The notes under the pieces were generated by a model. That model was given only the letters and a program-made list of their open reading frames with translations, had not been told where the DNA came from and searched no databases. Source: Octopus sinensis (taxonomy: Eukaryota). From it: a stretch of DNA of 51,118 nt. The DNA lies in contig NW_021833785.1 in the NCBI RefSeq assembly GCF_006345805.1, positions 1 through 51,118 of the forward strand. The letters run 5' to 3'. A program made the translations under genes and the position numbers. Positions 1-11,700 of the stretch are shown here, one piece after another (the first letter of the stretch is position 1; each line of letters starts with the position of its first letter).

Positions 1-132
1 ATGAATCGACGGCTTATATTTATTTGCTGCCGATAAATTTGGCGCGAGTGCGACGATTTGAAAATTTTTAGGTCAGATATAAACTTGGCAAGGTCGGAAA
101 TGCCTCGTAAAATATCTGTTCCGACTTGGGCT

Positions 133-239
133 ATTTCTTACTGAGGAATCTGAGGGCCTGTGGAAGATTGGCTTGATTTAATTTAATCAGGTTAGTTTAC
201 CATTAATCAGCAGATGAAACGGTATATCGTATAAGAAAT
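133..239 (+). ncRNA. Type I hammerhead ribozyme motif (Penelope/retrozyme-like)
   Basis: Stem I ATTTCTTA(133-140)/TAAGAAAT(232-239); core CTGAGGA(141-147); stem II ATCTG(148-152)/CAGAT(211-215) with a long loop; GAAA(216-219); near-palindromic stem III ACGGTA/TATCGT; GUA cleavage triplet at 229-231. Confidence 0.75.
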
Positions 240-383
240 TACAGGGTAAATGTTTTTTTAAATTTTCTCCTGGTTTACAGAATTAACTTTTATTTGCGGT
301 TGAAGCTTTGGCTGTTATTTCTAGTGGGTGAATGGCCTATTATGGCCGTTCCTTGATTGTTGATATATATATATACATATATA

Positions 384-937
384 CGATGGGCTTCTTTCAG
401 TTTCCATCTACCAAATCCACTCACAAGGCTTTGGTCGGCCCGAGGCTATAGTAGATGACACTTGCCCAAGGTGCCATGCAGTGGGACTGAACCCAGAACC
501 ATGTGGTTGGTAAGCAAGCTACTTACCACACAGCCACTCCTACACCTATATATATATATAATATATATATATATATACATATATACGATGGGCTTCTTTC
601 AGTTTCCATCTACCAAATCCACTCACAAGGCTTTGGTCGGCCCGAGGCTATAGTAGATGACACTTGCCCAGGTGCCATGCAGTGGGACTGAACCCAGAAC
701 CATGTGGTTGGTAAGCAAGCTACTTACCACACAGCCACTCCTACACCTATATATATATATATATACATATATACGATGGGCTTCTTTCAGTTTCCATCTA
801 CCAAATCCACTCACAAGGCTTTGGTCGGCCCGAGGCTATAGTAGATGACACTTGCCCAAGGTGCCATGCAGTGGGACTGAACCCAGAACCATGTGGTTGG
901 TAAGCAAGCTACTTACCACACAGCCAATCCTGCGCCT
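384..937 (-). mobile_element. Three head-to-tail copies of a tRNA-derived octopus-type SINE 5' part, separated by (TA)n
   Basis: Near-identical ~163-bp units at 384-547, 586-748 and 774-937; the minus strand carries an A box (TGGCTGTGTGG) and a B box (GGTTCAGTCCC). Confidence 0.85.
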
Positions 938-2328
938 ACAAATAGGGAAAACAAAGCAAAAATAATTATCATCTCAAAGAGGAAGTCATCTGGAAATAAT
1001 AATAAAAAATATATAATCTACGAGAAATAACTTAACTTTTAGATCTACTCTTTATCACCATCAGTCTCTCTCTACTTGTTACCACGCTTTTTATGTCTCT
1101 CTCTCTCTCTCTCTCTTTCTTAGTATATGTATTATCTTTCATGCATTCATTTTGTTTAAAACTTTTATTCACTGCAGCCATGCTGGAGCACTGCCTTGAG
1201 ATAACTTACCTCTGTGATATTTTTGATACAAATAATTTCTTCCAGATTTTGAATTTATTATGTGTGTATGTGTACGTGTGGCGTATATAGATGTTTGTCC
1301 ATGTGAGATGATTTTTTATAAATTATGATATCACCATTATAACATCAAATAAATTGCAGTTAAATGCACATCTTTCAAAGTAATCCAAATTTCATTCCCT
1401 AAATATAAACAATTTGTACGGAATTACTTTCAAATCTATACATATAGATATACATACATATATACAGGCACACATAATTTAATGCAACCCCATATATATA
1501 TATATGCTCCCCACAGTCAAAAGTTATTGCCAACATCATACTTATAGTATCGCTGTAGCCTTCTTCCCAACTTGTGTACCGCACTCCCTCAATTGTTACA
1601 GATGTTGCAACTTCCATGCCACAAACCCTAGCAGACCATGACTACCACAGCCAGCTACAGCTCCTGCAGCTTCAAGAGCCACCTCGTTGCCTGATCTCCT
1701 CAGAAATACTTGTGTTTCACCAGATTCATAGTTGGTCAAGAGGCTGGTAGGTTACCTCAGTTCTGAAGTTACGTTGACACAAACAGGATGGGGTTGAGAA
1801 TAAGAATCTCTCCTCCAAAATGTTTATTATCAATTTTATGAAATAATCTTTATCTGGACATTTGAAAACTCATCTCTGTAAAGTTTAATTTAAAGAAACC
1901 ATTATTGAAAAGCTAACAAGGAATCAGTCTAGTGTGAGGCCACTAAACTGTACTTATGCCTCATGTTCTTCCTTTGTGGTCCCTTCTGTTTTGTATTTGG
2001 GGGGTCATTGTTTATGTACATATTTGACAACTTTACAATATTCCTGAGTATAAAATAATTAATAACTTATGTCATTGTATAACGTATTTAATGAGGGAAG
2101 CATTTAAAATACAATAAACAGTAAAATATGCTGTTAATTACAGGATGCGATATTCAAGAAAGAATAATGTGTGGGGTTGTCAGGAGGAGGAGATTTGGTA
2201 TAGAGACCCTTAGAACATGGAAAGGAAACTGCTTAAACAAATGGAAAAAATCTAAAATTCTTGGAAATACTTTCACCACAATTTACAACACAGGAATATT
2301 AAATATAGCAAACAAGAAACCATAGAAA

Positions 2329-2690
2329 CTACCCTTTTCCTTTCTCCCCTGTTTGAATATGTTTGTGTCTTTTGAAGTCAGTACTTTGAGAGAATGATTT
2401 ACCACAGATATCACAGTGGTACGCTTTCTCTCCTGTTTGAATATGTTTGTGTCTTTTGAAGTCAGTACTTTGAGAGAATGATTTACCACAGATATCACAA
2501 TGATATGGCCTCTCTCCAGTATGAATATATTTGTGTGTAGATAAGTGAACACCGCTAGAGAATGATTTACCACAGATATCACAAGGATACGGTTTCTCTC
2601 CTGTATGAATATGTTTGTGCATCATTGGGTTACCTTTTCGAAAAAAGGATTTGTACAGATACCTCAGTCATATGATCTCATCTCTTTTAT
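2329..2690 (-). pseudogene. Decayed C2H2 zinc-finger array
   Basis: ORF 2329-2625 has three CDICGKSF fingers with TGEK/TGER linkers. The last two end HKHIQ (final His lost). An upstream finger at ~2626-2690 has TGA at a Cys position plus a frameshift. Confidence 0.75.
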
Positions 2691-3409
2691 GAGGTGTTAA
2701 GGGAAAAATCTATTCTATAATTTTTTTCTCTCTCTTTTCTCTTACTTTTCCTCTCAAATCCCAGTCAATATATTTTCCTTGCTTTCGTTTTTATACTTTG
2801 TTCCTTACAAACACTTCTGCTGCTGTATTTCTGTCCTGTGCGACCTTTGTTTAGTAACCCTTTCATAAATTTATCAAACTTTAATCATGACACAGTCTTA
2901 TCTTCTTGACATTCCAGTCAATAATGTTCAGAATTTGGCTAAATATATTATTTCAGAGCAAATGTTTCACAGGAATTCTTCCCAGATTTTGTAAAAAACA
3001 ATGTTATACAAGTTTTGTATATTTTCGTTTAGTCTTTAAAACATGGTAGACATTGATGATGCTTCTTCTGTCATCTGATGTTCTGAAATTATAGAGAAAC
3101 AGCAGTGTAAAATGTGGAGGCTACTTAAAAAATACAGATTCAATTCTATGGAGATAAACTGTAGAAACAAACATTTACCTTTACAACTGAGCTGGATGCC
3201 AACAGCTCCATAAAGAAATGCCAATCTCTCAAAGTAGATGGGAGTGGGACACCCAAGAAGATATGGGAGAGTTTCAGGTGATATGATAAAGACAAAGGTG
3301 CCTGGCACCCAGCTGTACCCAAGAAGACCTGTACTCCACAGCAGAAATATTCAGACTTATCCGTCTGGTGGTAAAAAACACTGGTGACCTTTCTTCATAA
3401 AAGCAGATG

Positions 3410-3650
3410 TGCAGTGCCATGTTAAAGTGGCACCACATTAAAGCAACTCTGTGGTGGCACATAAAATTGCCTGTGCAGTGCCACATAAAAGCAACCTGTG
3501 AACTGTGAGGTGGTTGGCACGAGGAAGGGCATTTAGCTCTCGGAACCATAAAAATTCACACTGGAGTGTGCTGCAGCTCCCCAGCTTGCCAGCCCTGCTC
3601 AAACCATCGAATCGCTTCCAGTATAGAGGTCGAAAGATGACGATGAACTT
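3410..3650 (+). mobile_element. Degenerate RTE-type 3' tail / SINE tail
   Basis: Repeated GGCAC/CCACATAAAA motifs and GGTGGTTGGCACGAGGAAGGGCAT, resembling the tail after the LINE at 5640-5745; recognised from memory of octopus repeats. Confidence 0.45.
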
Positions 3651-4089
3651 CATTTATTAAAATTTACATCATAGAATCTTGTGTGAAGCTTAGATATTTG
3701 TCAACTCCACTGACACCTTCACATTGTGTAAGGGTTTTAAAATAAAACTACAGAATGGTGGACGCTAACATTAGTCTTTCTCCAGAAATATAACTTGTTG
3801 TTTAGATCCAGGTCAGTTCTGACTGAACAGACATGTGATTATAGACATTCCATCCATGAACATCCTGTCTATTTCTCTAACATTCTATATATATAATTAT
3901 GTCATCCAATACAGTCTTCAATATTTGTAACCCATAGGAGAAATTGAAGAGAAATGTGCTGTTATTTCTATTAGGTCATGTTGTCACATGGAGAACTGCC
4001 GGAACTACAATTTTTGTGACAGATGAAGCAAGATTAAACGTTGATGAATTATGAAAAGCCAAGAAAATTAGGAAAAAAAATTTTGAACA

Positions 4090-4440
4090 ACTTTGATTTC
4101 CAACCATGTGATTTCAATTTCAGTCTCACAGAGCAGCACATTGAGCAAGGGTCTTCTTTAATAGCAGCATCTAAAGCCATCTGAGTGGATTTGATAGACA
4201 GAAACTCAAAGAAGGTAGTCCTGTGTGTTTTTGTGTCTTCATATCACTTAACACATGTCAATGCACATCAACCTGAAAATATGTGCAGACATGGGGAAAT
4301 ATTACCTTGCTTGGAACTAGTGGGGTTCACAAGAAAAGGCCATCTGGCAGAAAAATCTCTGCCTCACCCACAAAAGAATGGAAAATGGATTTTCTTAGCA
4401 GGTACTTGTTTTGCACATCATAATCATCATCTTCACCATC
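4090..4440 (+). mobile_element. Old SINE copy of the same family as 384-937
   Basis: CCAACCATGTG...GAGTGGATTTGATAGACAGAAACTCAAAGAAG matches the reverse complement of the 384-547 unit. Confidence 0.6.
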
Positions 4441-4619
4441 GGTTTATTGTGAAAACTTTTATGCTTCCATGAGTCAAATTCTTTTTCTCTACTATACACT
4501 TAAAAGGGTGGGGTAAAAAAAACTCTTTTTAAACATACACAAAAAAGGCCATGAAATTGCTGAAAATTGCTGAAGTATATTTCCATCAATTATTTTCTGT
4601 TTGTGTCAGATAAATTATT

Positions 4620-5745
4620 CTTTCGGCCCTGCTCGATCTGTAGAAAAGGCATAGGTAGAAACTCTATAAGATGCACTAAGTGTAAGCTATGGACACATAA
4701 GAGGTGCAGCAATGTCAAAGGAAGGCTAACTAGGAAAATAGTTTTTGTATGTGGCAGATGCTCAGGAGCAATAAAACACTGAAAATGCTCTGAGACCAAC
4801 TTCCGCCACATTCCAGGGAGACAAACTAGAAATAGTTGATAGCTTCCGTTACCTAGGTGACCAAGTCAGTAGCGGGGGCGGGTGTGTTGAAAGTGTATCT
4901 GCTAGAGTAAGAATAGCCTGGGCAAAGTTCAGAGAGCTCTTACCTCTGCTGGTGAAAAAAGGCCTCTCGCTCAGAATAAAAGGCAGACTGTATGATGCAT
5001 GTGTACAAACAGCCATGCTACATGGCAGTGAAACATGGGCCATGACTGCTGAGGATATGCGTAAGCTCGCAAGAAATGAAGCCAGTATGCTCCGATGGAT
5101 GTGTAATGTCAGTGTTCATACTCGACATAGTGTAAGTACCTTGAGAGAAAAGTTGGACCTAAGAAGCATCAGATGTGGTGTGCAAGAGAGACGTTTGTGC
5201 TGGTATGGTCATGTGACGAGAATGGATGAAGATAGTTGTGTGAAAAGTGCCACACCCCTAGCGGTTGAGGGAACCTGTGTAAGAGTAGACCCGGAAACCT
5301 GGACAAGGTGGTGAATCACGACCTTCGAACTTTAGGTCTCCTGAGAAATTGACTAGAGACCGAGACCCCTGGAAGTATGCTGTACGTGAGAAGACCCGGC
5401 AGGAAAGTGAGACCATAACACGTGGCCTCTACATGGGATTAGCCAGTCCACTAATGCATATCTTCCTTCTTGGGACACAACCCCTACTTGTGAAGGCCTG
5501 TTGAGTCAAGTGAAAATCAAAATCAAAAAATCGGAATTGATCAACATCAATGGAAATTGTAGCTGTGATACCAGTGCCGATTGGCATCTAAGAGAACCAT
5601 CGGCGAACGTGGAAAAGGTACGTTTGCAGCGCCGCCCCGACTGGCCTCGTGCCGGCGGCACATAAAAGCACCTTCCGATTGTGGTCGTTGCAAGCCTCGT
5701 CTGGCCCCCGTGCGGTGGGTTCACGTAAAAAGCACGCCATGCCGG
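4620..5745 (+). mobile_element. 5'-truncated, frameshifted RTE-clade LINE (RT C-terminal part and 3' UTR)
   Basis: Peptides PCSICRKGIGRNSIRCTKCKLWTHKRC, FRYLGD, AMLHGSETW, EASMLRWMC and RRLCWYGHVTRM are typical of the RTE ORF C-terminus; interrupted by frameshifts. Confidence 0.85.
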
Positions 5746-5774
5746 AGGAGAACTGTATGGCCATTACTTGTAAA

Positions 5775-8700
5775 TGCTCTCCCCCTCCCTTTCTTGCTTT
5801 ACCTCATTATAATATACTATGTCCCCCCAAAATCCCCGCTTTCTCTCCCACCGCCTACCTCATCATAATCTATTTACTATGTATGCTCCCCCCTTCCTTG
5901 CTTTCTCTCTCCCCTCCCTCCGCTCTCTCCACCTCATTATATATACTGTTGCTCCCCCTTTCTTGCTTTCTCTCTCCCCCTCCCTCTCCGCTCTCTCACC
6001 TCATTATATATTACTGTATGCTTGCTTGCTCCCCCCTTTCCTTGCATTTCTCTTCTCTCCCACTCCCCCTACCCTCCCGCTCTCTGCTCAGCTCATTATA
6101 ATATTACTGTATGCTCACCCCTTTTCTTACTTTCTCTCTCCCCCTCCCTCCGCTCTCCCCCCTCATTATATATTAACTGTATGCTTCCACCCCCTTCTCG
6201 GCCCCCTTTATCCTGGCCCTGTCCTTTCATGTCTCCCCCTTTCTCGCCCTCTCACCTCCAACTCTCCGATACCGTGCGTTATATATACTGGCTGGTATGC
6301 TCCCACCCTGTTTGCTTTCTTCACTCTCTCCCACCCTCCCTCACACTCTCCCTCCCACCTCATTAATATTACTGTATGCTCCCCCCTTTCTTTCTTGCTT
6401 TCTCTCTGCCCCTCCCTCGGCTCTCCCAACCTCATTCATTATATTTACTGGTATGCTCCCTCTTTATCTGCTTTCACTCTCCCCCTCCCCCCTCTCTCCC
6501 CCCACCTCATTATTATTTTATGTATGCTCCCTCCTTTCTTGCTTTCTCTCTCCCCCTCCCTCCGCTATCCCACCTCATTATATATTACTGTATGCTCCCC
6601 CCTTTCCTTGCTTTGTCTCTCCCCCTCCCTCCACTCTCTAACCTCATTATATATTAATGTATGCTCCCCCCTTTCTTGCTTTGTCTCTCCCCCTCCCTCC
6701 ACTCTCTAACCTCATTATTATTACTGTATGCTCCCTCCCCCCTTTCTCTTTGCTTTCTCTCTCCCCCTCCCCTCCGCCTCCGCTCTCCCACCTCATTATA
6801 TATTACTGTATGCTCCCGCTTTCTTGCTTTGTCCTCTCCCCCTCCCTCCACTCACTAACCTCATTATATTACTGTCTCCCCCCTTTCTTGCTTTCTCTCT
6901 CCCCCTCCATCCGCTCTCCCACCATCATTATATATTACTGAATGCTCCCCTCCCTTTCTTGCTTTCTCTCTCTCCCCTCCCTCCGCTCTCCACCTCATTA
7001 TATATTACTGTCTCCTCCCCCCCTTTATTGCTTTCTTCTCTCTCCCCCTCCCTCCGCTCGCTCACCTCATTATATATACTGTATCCTCCCCCTTTTCCTT
7101 CCTTTCCTCTCTCCCCCTCCCTCCGCTCTCCCCACCTCATTATATATTACTGTATGCCCCCCTTTCTGGCTTTCTCTCCTCCCCCTCCCTCCGCTCTCCC
7201 ACCTCATTATATATTACTGTATGCTCCCCCCCCCTTTTCTTGCTTTCTCTCTCTCCCCCTCCCTCCGTTCTCCACCTCATTATATATTACTGTATGCCCC
7301 CCCTTTATTGCTTTCCTCTCTTCCCCTCCCTCCACTCTCTCACATCATTATTATTACTGTATGCTCCCCCCTTTCTTGCTTTCTCTTTCCCCCTCCCTCC
7401 ACTCTCTAACCTCATTATATATTACTGTATGCTCCCCCTTTTCTTGTTTCTCTCTCCCCCTCCCTCGCTCTCCCCCCTCATTATATATTACTGTATGCTC
7501 CCCCCCCTTTATTGCTTTCCTCTCAACCCCTCCCTCCGCTTCCCACCTCATTATATATTATGTATGCTCCCCACTGTATGCTCCCCCCTTTTCTTGCTTT
7601 CTCTCTCCCCCTCCCTCCGTTCTCCCCCTCATTATATATTACTGTATGCTCCCCCCCTTTATTGCTTTCTCCCTCTTCCCCTCCCTCCGCTCTCCCACCT
7701 CATTATATATTACTGTATATGCTCCCCCCCTTTATTGCTTTCTCTCTCCCCCTCCCCGCGTCTCCCACCTCATTATATATTACTGTATGCTCCCCCCCTT
7801 TATTGCTTTCTCTCTTCCCCTCCCTCCACTCCTCACATCATTATATATTACTGTATGCTTCGCCCTTTTCTTGCTTTCTCTTTCCCCCTCCCTCCGCTCT
7901 CCCACCTCATTATATATTACTGTATGCTCCCCCCATTTATTGCTTTCTCTCTTCCCCTCCCTCCACTCTCTCACATCATTATATATTACTGTATGCTTCC
8001 CCCTTTTCTTGCTTTCTCTCTCTCTCCCCCTCCCTCCGCTCTCCCCACCTCTTATATATTACTGTATGCTCCCCCTTTATTGCTTTTCTCTTTCCCCCTC
8101 CCTCCACTCTCTCACATCATTATATATTACTGTATGCTTCCCCCTTTTCTTGCTTTCTCTCTCCCCCCTCCCACCGCTCTCCCACCTCATTATATATACT
8201 GTATGCTCCCCCCATTTATTGCTTTCTCTCTTCCCCCTCCCTCCACTCTTCACATCATAATATATTACTGTATGCTTCCCCCTTCCCCTTTTCTTGCTTT
8301 CTCTCTCCCCCTCCCTCCGCTCTCCCACCTCATTATATATACTGTATGCTCCCCCCTTTTTATTGCTTTCTCTCTTTCCCCCTCCCTCCACTCTCCACAT
8401 CATTATATATTACTGTATGCTTCCCACTTTTCTTGCTTTCTCTCTCCCCCTCCCTCCGCTCTCCCACCTCATTATATATTACTGTATGCTCCCCCCAAAT
8501 TATTGCTTTCTCTCTTCCCCTCCCTCCGCTCTCCCACCTCATTATATATTACTGTATGCTCCCCCCTTTTCTTGCTTTCTCTCTCCCCCCCTCATCCGCT
8601 CTCCCCACCTCATTTATTATTACCGTATGCTCCCCCCTTTCTTGCTTTCTCTCTCTCCCCCTCCCTCCGCTCTCCCGCTCTCCACCTCATTATATATTAC

Positions 8701-11700
8701 TGTATGCTCCCCCCCCTTTTCTTGCTTTCTCTCTCTCTCCCCCTCCTCCCCTCTAACACCTCATTATATATTACTGTATGCTCCCCCCTTTTCTTTTTCT
8801 CTCTCCCCCTCCCTCCGCTCCCCAACCTCATATATATTACTGTATGCTCCCCCTTCTATGCTTTCTCTCTACCCTCCCTCCGTTCTCCCACCTCATTATA
8901 TATTACTGTATGCTCCTCCCCCTTCCCCCCCCCCCTTTTCTTGCTTTCTCTCTCTCCCCCTCCCTCCGTTCTCCTCCACCTCATTATATATTACTGATGC
9001 TATGCTCCCCCCCTATATTGCTTTCTCTCTTCCCTCCCTCCGCTCTCCCACCTCATTATATATTACTGTATGCTCCCCCCCTTTATTGCTTTCTCTCTCC
9101 CCTCCCTCCGCTCTCTCCCACCTCATTATATATTACTGTATGCTCCCCCCCCTTTATTGCTTTCTCTCTTCCCCCTCCCTCCACTCTCTCTCACATCATT
9201 ATATATTACTGTATGCTTCCCCCTTTCTTTGCTTTCTCTTTTCCCCCTCCCTCCGCTCTCCCACCTCATTATATATTACTGTATGCTCCCCCCCATTTAT
9301 TGCTTTCTCTCTCTTCCCCTCCCTCCACTCTCTCACATCATTATATAGTACTGTATGCTTCCCCTCCCTTCTCCTTTCTTGCTTTCTCTCTCCCCCTCCC
9401 TCTCCGCTCTCCCACCTCATTATATATTACTGTATGCTCCCCCCTTTATTGCTTTCTCTCTTCCCCTCCCTCACTCTCTCACATCATTATATATTACTGT
9501 ATGCTCCCCCTTTTCTTGCTTTCTCTCTCCCCCTCCCTCCGCTCTCCCACCTCATTATATATTACTGTATGCTCCCCCCATTTATTGCTTTCTCTCTCTC
9601 TTCCCTCCCCTCCACTCTCTCACATCATAATATATTACTGTATGCTTCCCCCCCCTTTTCTTGCTTTCTCTCCCCCCTCCCTCCGCTCTCCCACCTCATT
9701 ATATATTACTGTATGCTCCCCCTTTTTATTGCGTTCTCTCTTCTCCTCCCTCCCTCTCTCACATCATTATATATTACTGTATGCTTCCCACTTTTCTTGC
9801 TTTCTCTCTCCCCCTCCTCCCGCTCTCCCACCTCATTATATATTACGTATGCTCCCCCCATTTATTGCTTTCTTCTCTTTCCCCTCCCTCCCTCCCTCTC
9901 CCACCTCATTATATATTACTGTATGCTCCCCCCTTTTCTTGCTTTCCTCTCTCCCCCCTCCATCCGCTCTCCCACCTCATTATATATTACCGTATGCTCC
10001 CCCCCTTTATTGCTTTCTCTCTCCCCTCCCTCCGCTCTCCCTCCCACCTCATTATAAATTACTGTATGCTCCCCCCTTTTCTTACTTTCTCTCTCCCCCT
10101 CCCTCCGCTCTCCCACCTCATTATATATTACTGTATGATCCCCCCCCCTTCTTGCTTTCTCTCTCTCTCCCCTCCCTCCGCTCTCCCACCTCATTATATT
10201 ACTGTATGCTCCCCCCCCTTTTCTTGCTTTCTCTCTCCCCCCTCCCTCCGCTCTCTAACCTCATTATATATTACTGTATGCTCCCCCCTTTTCTTGTTTT
10301 CTCTCTCCCCCTCCCTCCGCTCTCCCACCTCATATATATTACTGTATGCTCCCCCTTTATTGCTTTCTCTCTCTACCCCTCCCTCCGTTCTCCCCACCCC
10401 TTCATATATTACTGTATGCTCCCCCCCTTTTCTTGCTTTCTTCTCTCATCTCCCTCCTCCTCCCTCCGTTCTCCCACCTCATTATATATTACTGTATGCC
10501 TCCCCCTTTATTGCTTTCTCTCTTCCCCTCCCTCCGCTCTCCCCACCTCTTTATATTACTGTATGCTCCCCCCCCCCTTAATTGCTTTCTCTCTCCCCCT
10601 CCCTCCGCTCTCCCCCTCATTTATATTACTGTATGCTCCCCCCCTTTATTGCTTTCCTCTCTCTCCCCCTCCCTCCACTCTCTCACATCATTATATATTA
10701 CTGTATGCTTCCCCCCTTTTCTTGCTTTCTCTTTCTCCCCCCTCCCTCCGCTCTCCCACCTCATTATATATTACTGTATGCTCCCCCCATTTATTGCTTT
10801 CTCTCTTCTTCCCCTCCCTCCACTCTCTCACATCATTATATATTACTGTATGCTTCCCCTTTTCTTGCTTTCTCTCTCTCCTCCCCCCTCCCTCCGCTCT
10901 CCCACCTCATTATATATTACTGTATGCTCCCCTTTATTTGCTTGCTTCTCTCTCTTCCCCTCCCTCCCTCTCTCACATCATTATATATTACTGTAATGCT
11001 CCCCCTTTTCTTGCTTTCTCTCTCCCCCTCCCACCGTCTCCCTCCACCTCATTATAATTAGTATGCTCCCCCCCATTTATTGCTTCCTCTCTCCCTCCCT
11101 CCACTCTCTCACATCATAATATATTACTGTATGCTTCCCCCTTTTCTTGCTTTCTCTCTCCCCCTCCCTCCGCTCTCCCACCTCATTATATATTACTGTA
11201 TGCTCCCCCTTTTTATTGCTTTCTCTCTTCCCCTCCCTCCACTCTCTCACATCATTATATATTACTGTATGCTTCCCACTTTTCTTGCTTTCTCTCTCCC
11301 CCTCCCTCCGCTCTCCCACCTCATTATATATTACTGTATGCTCCCCCCATTTATTGCTTTCTCTCTTCCCCTCCCTCCGCTCTCCCACCTCATTATATAT
11401 TACTGTATGCTCCCCCCTTTTCTTGCTTTCTCTCCCCCCTCCATCCGCTCTCCCACCTCATTATATATTACCGTATGCTCCCCCCCTTTTCTTGCTTTCT
11501 CTCTCCCCCTCCCTCCGCTCTCCCACCTCATTATATATTACTGTATGCTCCCCCCTTTTCTTGCTTTCTCTCTCCCCCTCCCTCCACTCTCTAACCTCAT
11601 TATATATTACTGTATGCTCCCCCCTTTTCTTGTTTCTCTCTCCCCCTCCCTCCGCTCTCCCACCTCATTATATATTACTGTATGCTCCCCCTTTATTGCT

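Noticed and set aside
384-937. tRNA genes at A/B-box motifs (also 33330-33400)
   Set aside because: No complete cloverleaf; the sequence continues into SINE bodies.
5045-5090. CTGAGGA...GAAA hammerhead-like core
   Set aside because: Within RTE coding sequence, and stems I and III are missing.
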